Part shown: positions 56,189 through 64,000 of the stretch, in pieces
Layout of the letters: each line of letters starts with the position of its first letter
How positions within the stretch are numbered: the first letter of the stretch is position 1
From: a virus
Strand: one strand, 5' to 3'
Virus record (IMG/VR): IMGVR_UViG_3300009159_000035
DNA: 64,000 bases
The notes under the pieces: model-generated
The model's database searches: none
Told to the model about the DNA's origin: nothing
The model's input: only the letters and a program-made list of their open reading frames with translations
Position numbers and translations under genes: made by a program

Positions 56189-57376
56189 TTATTGGATAAA
56201 ATCGTATCTTAATTGTTTACGAATTGCATCAACTTTATGAACTTTTATTTGACCAGAGTCTGAAATTTTAGTTCTGCCTTTTAGGTGATTTACATCGCTA
56301 TTAAAAGTATTTTCTCCGTCTGGCATTATGATGGTAATTGAGAAATTAGACTTATCTAAGGAATATGTTAAAGTTTGACCTTCAATTTTATTTTTAAGAT
56401 CTTGCCATTGAAGTTGTTCTTGACCGATTTTATCATATGAATCTGTTAAGATTATACGAGGTTCGCCTTTCTTAAGAATAACGTCCTTAACATAAAATTC
56501 AATAGTATCTCCCGAACGGTATTGTTTACTAACCTCTTCATAATTTTCAAATTCAGTTTTATGAAGTAATCCTGTAAAGTAGTTTTGGAATTCAACAAAC
56601 ATTCCAAAGTCATATGGTTTATTAGTTAAAATACCTGTATATTTTTCTCCAATCTTAAGCTCATGTACTTTTTGAGGTAGTGTCTGTTTAATATATTTCT
56701 TGTAGGAAACAATGAATAGATCATTAGTTGAATCGTAATTCTCAATCATTACTGGAATTTCCTTATTCAAATATTCGTTAAAGTCTCTAATTACGTTAGC
56801 TGCCGCATGCGAACCTGGTAAAAAGCATTTAACGGTTCCTTTATAAAGTGCAAGGTATCCGCCTTTAACAAGATTAGTAACTTTAACATAGAACCATTTT
56901 TCTGTTTTTAAATAGTCTTCCAAATCTTCGCGATGAGTAAGAGCAGCACAGCGCTTTTCTGAACCTAAGAAATCTCCATTATCGTTTTTATAAACAATAA
57001 CTTTAAAACTATGGTTAACTTCATTGTGAACTAATAATGAAGGCTCTGAACTAAATTCTCTAAATGGAACAAAGATTGTAGATAAAGATGCATTATCTTG
57101 AACTTCAATCATTTTCTCATCAAAGTCAATTTTCTTAGCAGTAACTGTACAAATTGTACCAAGTTCAAAATCTTTATTTGATGGTACAAAAGAAGTTTTT
57201 GAATTTGATGAAAAGTACATATCGTACAATTCTTGAGCATAGGGCTCTTTACAGAAAATTTTAAGACCAGAACGTTGATCTTCTGGAGTTAATTTAATTG
57301 TTTGATTAAATTTAGAATTACCTTGACCGAATAGTAAGTCAAAGTCAATTAATTCTCGGGTGTTGTCTTTTTGCAT
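56189..57376 (-). CDS. Ribosomal protein S1-like multi-S1-domain RNA-binding protein
   Basis: VKGGYLA...CFLPGSH...FIVSYKKY; KPYDFGMFVEF...TGLLHKTE...GDTIEFYV. Confidence 0.8.
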   Translation of the reverse strand: MQKDNTRELIDFDLLFGQGNSKFNQTIKLTPEDQRSGLKIFCKEPYAQELYDMYFSSNSKTSFVPSNKDFELGTICTVTAKKIDFDEKMIEVQDNASLSTIFVPFREFSSEPSLLVHNEVNHSFKVIVYKNDNGDFLGSEKRCAALTHREDLEDYLKTEKWFYVKVTNLVKGGYLALYKGTVKCFLPGSHAAANVIRDFNEYLNKEIPVMIENYDSTNDLFIVSYKKYIKQTLPQKVHELKIGEKYTGILTNKPYDFGMFVEFQNYFTGLLHKTEFENYEEVSKQYRSGDTIEFYVKDVILKKGEPRIILTDSYDKIGQEQLQWQDLKNKIEGQTLTYSLDKSNFSITIIMPDGENTFNSDVNHLKGRTKISDSGQIKVHKVDAIRKQLRYDFIQ

Positions 57377-57403
57377 ATGTTATTGTTTAAACGTTGCTAT
57401 TTA

Positions 57404-57430
57404 ATTATACACCAAAATTAACAGTAGTTT
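57404..57430 (-). promoter_or_regulatory. AAAC-N17-TATAAT promoter for S1-like gene
   Basis: Recurrent motif. Confidence 0.65.
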
Positions 57431-60400
57431 TATGAAGTATGCATTCCTGGGTCAATAATAATAGTAGGCGGTACGGTTGGATAAAAGCCTGGCATTTTTG
57501 TTTTAAATAGTAATGTACCAGTTGAATTTATACTTCCTCTCCATGCAAGTTCATCTAAAAATATTATAAATAATGGATTTTTATAAGTTAATCTTTCCCA
57601 TGGTGGAATATCATCTTGGTTAAAAAATGGGCTTGATGCAATTCTAGCAACTTGAACTCCTGGTATACCACCAAATGCACAAGCAAGTAGTGAAACCAAA
57701 TATGCTACTTCTTTAACTACTGGCTCAGCAAAAGTAATAACTGGAATATAGGCGGCCTTTAATAAATTAATTGCCTCTAAATTTGCTAATTTAAGCTTAG
57801 ATGAATTTGGAATTTCTAGCTGAATTAGCATCAAAGCTAGTTTAATTGGAAGAATATATGGATTAGCTGAATCAACTACTGTAAAACTTAAATCTTTTAA
57901 ACTTTTAGTTAGTGATAAAATTGGGCCAACTATTGTTTTTAATGGTTCTAAAATTCCATCAATTGCAGTATTTAGTAGCCCTTTAATTAATTCAACTAGA
58001 TCAGTTGCGGTAAGTAGTGCAAAATAACTAACAATATCAAGTGGTAATAATGGAATTTTTGGAAGTTTTATATTAAAGCCATTAGGCAATTTTATTGAAA
58101 CATAGTTTGAAGATTTAGTGGTAGACACGGTTGCAAATTCAGAATTTCCACATGGAATTTGTTTAAGAATTTGTTTTAGTGAATCTTCATTCGGTCCTTG
58201 ATTAGCAGTTAACATATCGCCAGCGTCAGATAACATTCTAAGTATTAATTCAAGTAAATATGCAATTGCTAATTTAAGTAATGGTTTAATTACAATATCT
58301 AATGGTATTACTATTTGAATTGGAAATGGTACGCCAGTTGGATTTGGAGATTGTGGAACACTTAATGCTGATAATATTGGTAATATTACGGCTTGTGAGA
58401 TTGAAACAATATCGGCTTTTGCAGGTAAAATAATTGGTGGGAGTAATCCAAGTAGTGAATTAAATAAAGTGGTCAACACTGAAATTCCAATTTCCTCAAG
58501 AGCCTCTCCTAATAAACTTTTTAATACATCAATTGTTAGCCCTGATAAAAGAGCATCAAGCAATGCATTAAAAACGCCAATTGCTGCAAGGATTTGTGGT
58601 GAAACTACTTCTGGTGGAGGTTGAGCCGCCGCACAGCATGGAGCAGCTGGATCAAATAGTTTTAAATTAGGAGCAGCAACCGATAGTGTAGTAAAGGTTA
58701 AGGCTTGTTTAAGACGTTCTTTTCTTAATTTTGCAGCTTCTTTAATTTTACCTTTCTCAGCCTCACTTAAGTTTGGATCAATATCTTCCTCAGCTGGATT
58801 CGCATTTCCTTGTAAATAATCTAAAGCTTTATTTGCATATTCTTTAATTGCGTCTTTAAATTCGCTAACGTCTTCATCTTTATTTAAGTTAAATGTTTTT
58901 TTACTAAGTAATTTAGCTGGATTAACTTGAGCAGCCATTCTTTTTATTTTTGCAATAAGGTCAGTAGATTCAAGATCAAAATCTATTAGCCCCTTTGCGG
59001 CTTTTTCAATTGTTGGTTGCAATCCGCTAATTGCTGATGGTAATTTTGGATTAAGCTTGGTTGGACTATCTGGAAATGAAATTGTGCCTAAGTTTATTTT
59101 ATCAATATATTCATTAAAATCGTCTAATACACCTGATATTTTAGAAGATAGAGTAATTGGGTCTAATGATCGTGCGGCTTTTTTGGTCTCTCGTTTCTTT
59201 TTTAAGTTGGATTCACCCTCAGCGCCCTTTACTTGAGAGTCACGGTCCTTTCTGGTTTTATCTTTTAATTTAGCAACGGCAGTTAATTGAATTTCTCCTA
59301 ATTTATTAAATTGGATATTCATACTTCTTTTAAAATCTGCAATTTGTTTATTAAAATCATTTGATAAATCTAAATCTAGAAAGTTCATCATTTTTTCCAA
59401 ATCGCCAGCATACGAGGCAATATATGTAATAGGGTCAACTTCGCCAATTGGTGTTCCATCCCTTGTTGTAATATTAGGATTTTTACCAAGTGCTAAAGTT
59501 GCAGCAAGTGCGGTAAGTCTAATTGCCTTTGATGCATTGCCGGAAATAGCTAAAGGACTGACTAGTGAACCTTTAATTAATTGCCCCTTAAATGGATTAG
59601 CTGGGTCAAGGCCTAGCGGATTTTCAGATGCTTCAGTTTGATCAATTTCAAATCCATATTTTATAGAAGTAGGCGTCATGTATACCAATGGAATATTTGG
59701 AGCAAGCAGCATATACTTATTACCATCAGGCGCAAAATATAACATATAAATGCTAGGTAATGGTATTCCAAATATTGCAATTGGCATGGTTAGAAAAGTA
59801 ACAAGTGTTCCAACTGGTGTAGACAGAGTAAATAGGGTTCTCCATTTTTGAGGTGTTGGTATTAATGCAATACCTAATGGACCAGCTGGTATAATAATAT
59901 TAACCGGGTAATATCTAAATAGTGGAGCAGTTAAGTCAGGAATTGGTAAAAGGCTTACTTTATTTAATGATTTTGTAAATTCTCTCCAATAGCAATTATT
60001 TGTCATATCCGGTAAACTTGCGTCATTTCCGCCTAGCGTTCTAATGAATAGTGGATCGCTGCCGAGTTTTTTCATTACTTCCGCTTCGCAATCTTTAGTT
60101 GGAATAACCGTTGCTGCTGGCCCCTTAAAACAGGCAACATTAGAAATTTTTTGGGCTAGAACATCTGGGTCCATTGAATTTTCCTTTATCTTTACCTCTA
60201 ACAATTCAATTTCAGTATTACACTCAGCTATTTTTGCAAGTAGTTCAGAATAAGCTTTAGTATAATATGCTAATTTTTCAGGTAAAACTAAATCAACTGG
60301 GTTATACTCAAATGATCCAGTTGAATAAATATTTGAAGTTTGCGCCTTATATGAAGTTGGCCTAGCTAATTTAAGTTGTGCATTAGCAAGTCCTCTAAAA

Positions 60401-61797
60401 AAATCCGCAACTTCCCTTTTTGCAATAACGGCTAATTCATCAACTGCTGGTTTTATTTGATTTGGAAAAACGGTTTCCAATTCGGCCTTCTTTTTTATTT
60501 CAAGGGTTGAGTTTAGTTTTTCATAAAATTTTTCGTAAGCCGCTTGGCTTTTAATATAAAATTGGGTATCGCCTTCGGTTATTGAAACTGGTGCATTTTC
60601 AATTCCTTTAAACTTTGGATCAATTTTATTTGGATCAACCGAAAGGCCTCTTTCTTCTAGTGTATATAAATATTGAATTGGATTTGCAAATTTACGATAT
60701 AATCCAGGATAACCATTTGATACTTGATTGTATAGTGCTCCAGGAACATAGTCATAATTTGATAAAGGGTTAGAATTTACAGAATCAGCTGGGATACTTA
60801 AACAAAAGGTGGCAATAGTATTAGCAAATGGAGTATTGGTTAAATAGGTATTTTCTTTAATTGGAATATATTTAGTTATTGAGTCAGAGGTACCGTCTTG
60901 GTTTATTTGAGGTACAGTTATTGTGGTTATATTTAAGTCAATTGATCTAACTCCAAATGTTGCACTTCTAGCTGGAATCACAATTCCTGAGACTACGTCA
61001 GCTGTGTCATTAAAGTTAGGAATTAATTGTCCACTTATTTTATTACATAAAGAGCTTAGAGTTAAAGAAGTTGTTGGTGCAGTGCCAAGTGAAGGCAATG
61101 AGCTAATTTGGTTGGATAGTGCATTGGTTGCGCCTTGTTTAGCAACACTTTGATTTTCTTCTGCAAGGATTCTATTTTTCCGAGCTTCATAATAATTTTG
61201 ATATACTCCGCCGTTTATTAGAATACCATAGGCAACGTCTGAAACAAGATATGTTGATATATTTTGTGAATTGTATGTCGTAAATGTTTTAAAGATTGCG
61301 TCACTTAAATCGTGAATTGTGGTAAGTGCATAATAGTAAATCTCGTAAGTGGTATTGGTATTAATATAATTACTCCAAATTCCATTTTCAATAGCTAGAG
61401 TTCGGTCATATTCATCAGTCCAATATAAGTATTCAGAAGTTAATGGTTCAAGTGTAGTTATGGTAGAATTAAAAAAGTCAAGCCGTTCTTTATAATATTT
61501 GGAAATAATATTATAATGGTCACGGGTTTCTTCTACTTTACCTTTAACTACGGCAATTTCAATTGTAGTTGACTGCTTTGCCATTTGATTAATTAGGATA
61601 GCCTTTACCTCTTCAACTCCTTGGTTAATACAGTTGCCAGCCTCTTCCGGCATTGGAATTTTAAAATCCTTTGAAATTGGGGCAACCGGTTCAGGCAAAC
61701 AGGCTTTTATATTAGCTAAATCTGCCTCAGTAAAAACTGGTGATGCAAGTTTGCCGCACTTAATATCATTAATTAGGTTTTTAAATGTGATGTTCAA
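57430..61797 (-). CDS. Large hypothetical protein (1455 aa) with coiled coils and long hydrophobic Pro-rich segments
   Basis: Intact long ORF, TTG start; no family recognised. Confidence 0.75.
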   Translation of the reverse strand: MNITFKNLINDIKCGKLASPVFTEADLANIKACLPEPVAPISKDFKIPMPEEAGNCINQGVEEVKAILINQMAKQSTTIEIAVVKGKVEETRDHYNIISKYYKERLDFFNSTITTLEPLTSEYLYWTDEYDRTLAIENGIWSNYINTNTTYEIYYYALTTIHDLSDAIFKTFTTYNSQNISTYLVSDVAYGILINGGVYQNYYEARKNRILAEENQSVAKQGATNALSNQISSLPSLGTAPTTSLTLSSLCNKISGQLIPNFNDTADVVSGIVIPARSATFGVRSIDLNITTITVPQINQDGTSDSITKYIPIKENTYLTNTPFANTIATFCLSIPADSVNSNPLSNYDYVPGALYNQVSNGYPGLYRKFANPIQYLYTLEERGLSVDPNKIDPKFKGIENAPVSITEGDTQFYIKSQAAYEKFYEKLNSTLEIKKKAELETVFPNQIKPAVDELAVIAKREVADFFRGLANAQLKLARPTSYKAQTSNIYSTGSFEYNPVDLVLPEKLAYYTKAYSELLAKIAECNTEIELLEVKIKENSMDPDVLAQKISNVACFKGPAATVIPTKDCEAEVMKKLGSDPLFIRTLGGNDASLPDMTNNCYWREFTKSLNKVSLLPIPDLTAPLFRYYPVNIIIPAGPLGIALIPTPQKWRTLFTLSTPVGTLVTFLTMPIAIFGIPLPSIYMLYFAPDGNKYMLLAPNIPLVYMTPTSIKYGFEIDQTEASENPLGLDPANPFKGQLIKGSLVSPLAISGNASKAIRLTALAATLALGKNPNITTRDGTPIGEVDPITYIASYAGDLEKMMNFLDLDLSNDFNKQIADFKRSMNIQFNKLGEIQLTAVAKLKDKTRKDRDSQVKGAEGESNLKKKRETKKAARSLDPITLSSKISGVLDDFNEYIDKINLGTISFPDSPTKLNPKLPSAISGLQPTIEKAAKGLIDFDLESTDLIAKIKRMAAQVNPAKLLSKKTFNLNKDEDVSEFKDAIKEYANKALDYLQGNANPAEEDIDPNLSEAEKGKIKEAAKLRKERLKQALTFTTLSVAAPNLKLFDPAAPCCAAAQPPPEVVSPQILAAIGVFNALLDALLSGLTIDVLKSLLGEALEEIGISVLTTLFNSLLGLLPPIILPAKADIVSISQAVILPILSALSVPQSPNPTGVPFPIQIVIPLDIVIKPLLKLAIAYLLELILRMLSDAGDMLTANQGPNEDSLKQILKQIPCGNSEFATVSTTKSSNYVSIKLPNGFNIKLPKIPLLPLDIVSYFALLTATDLVELIKGLLNTAIDGILEPLKTIVGPILSLTKSLKDLSFTVVDSANPYILPIKLALMLIQLEIPNSSKLKLANLEAINLLKAAYIPVITFAEPVVKEVAYLVSLLACAFGGIPGVQVARIASSPFFNQDDIPPWERLTYKNPLFIIFLDELAWRGSINSTGTLLFKTKMPGFYPTVPPTIIIDPGMHTS

Positions 61798-61835
61798 TGA
61801 ATTAGGTTCTTTATTTTATCTATCATTCTCTTTAA

Positions 61836-61880
61836 ATAGACCAGCGCTTGCGAGGGTTACTCAACAAGCGCCGGTCTGTA
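61836..61880 (-). terminator. Long GC-rich hairpin downstream of groEL
   Basis: AGACCAGCGCTTG...CAAGCGCCGGTCT inverted repeat; weak T tail. Confidence 0.55.
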
Positions 61881-61897
61881 ATTGTAATTTAAAATTA

Positions 61898-63478
<1,581 letters not shown>

Positions 63479-63494
63479 TTATCATTTGGTTATT

Positions 63495-64000
63495 TTACTT
63501 TATTATTATATCAGATTTTTCAATTTGGTTTAGGTTAGAAAGCTTTAATGCCACTTGAATTAGCGTAATTACGTCTTTTTGGCAATATTCTTTAATTCCA
63601 TCAACATTTCCGGCCCAATAATTTTCATGTACCTGGTCGCCTTTCATTGCATCCTTAGGGGAATCTATTCCAAGAACCGTTGCTAAAAGATCTAATGAGG
63701 TAAACCCTTCTTGCCATGCGCCAAATGACCAAAGTTCTGAAGTATCAATAATTGAAGTTTCCCAAGGTTTTTTATCCCATACTTGAAGTGGTGTTGCGGG
63801 CTCAATATTAAGAATAAATGCTCTTTTACATAAGAACGGAACATCAAACCTTTTTACATTGTGACCGGCTATTTTTATACCAGTTTTAGAAAGAGCTGAC
63901 ATTAGTTTAAATGATTGGCGTAAAATTTCAGCTTCATCATCTCCAGCATAGGAAACAATTTGAGCAGTTGGCACTCCATCTACAAATTTCATTTTGCCAA
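63495..64000 (-). CDS. PolB-related predicted 3'-5' exonuclease (5' end beyond window)
   Basis: [30 protein letters not shown]; frame continues to window edge. Confidence 0.8.
   Translation of the reverse strand, partial: GKMKFVDGVPTAQIVSYAGDDEAEILRQSFKLMSALSKTGIKIAGHNVKRFDVPFLCKRAFILNIEPATPLQVWDKKPWETSIIDTSELWSFGAWQEGFTSLDLLATVLGIDSPKDAMKGDQVHENYWAGNVDGIKEYCQKDVITLIQVALKLSNLNQIEKSDIIIK
63505..63531 (-). promoter_or_regulatory. AAAC-N17-TATAAT promoter for groEL, inside the 3' end of the exonuclease gene
   Basis: Recurrent motif. Confidence 0.65.

Overview
AT-rich, gene-dense 64 kb segment from the core of a large T4-related myovirus (jumbo-phage-like). The host is probably Bacteroidota: starts are A-rich with no Shine-Dalgarno motif, and the window carries an Hc1 histone-like gene, a class II RNR and an S1-domain protein. 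Head genes: portal (partial), gp2, gp4, protease-scaffold fusion, major capsid. Tail/baseplate genes: sheath, tube, gp53-, hub- and gp5-like. Replication/recombination genes: primase, gp41 helicase, a family B polymerase split into two genes about 38 kb apart, UvsW/X/Y, gp46/47, gp32, RNase H. Also nucleotide metabolism genes and GroEL/GroES/DnaJ. Main observations: (1) about 14 unrelated proteins, some enzyme-like, share a T4-type capsid-targeting/protease-cleavage peptide, suggesting a large injected head cargo; (2) two promoter-like motifs (AAAC-N17-TAHWAK before replication genes, ATAAATAA before virion genes), including an internal late promoter plus in-frame ATG that would express the scaffold from inside the protease gene; (3) a thymidylate-synthase homologue with the dCMP-specifying Asp, suggesting modified cytosine; (4) a HAD phosphatase / kinase / RNA-ligase-HIGH-nucleotidyltransferase cluster; (5) a degenerate SET domain between gp47 and gp46; (6) no TAG among the 65 stop codons read. 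All assignments come from motif recognition by eye; no database search was run. No tRNA, rRNA, CRISPR array, intein or IS was recognised.
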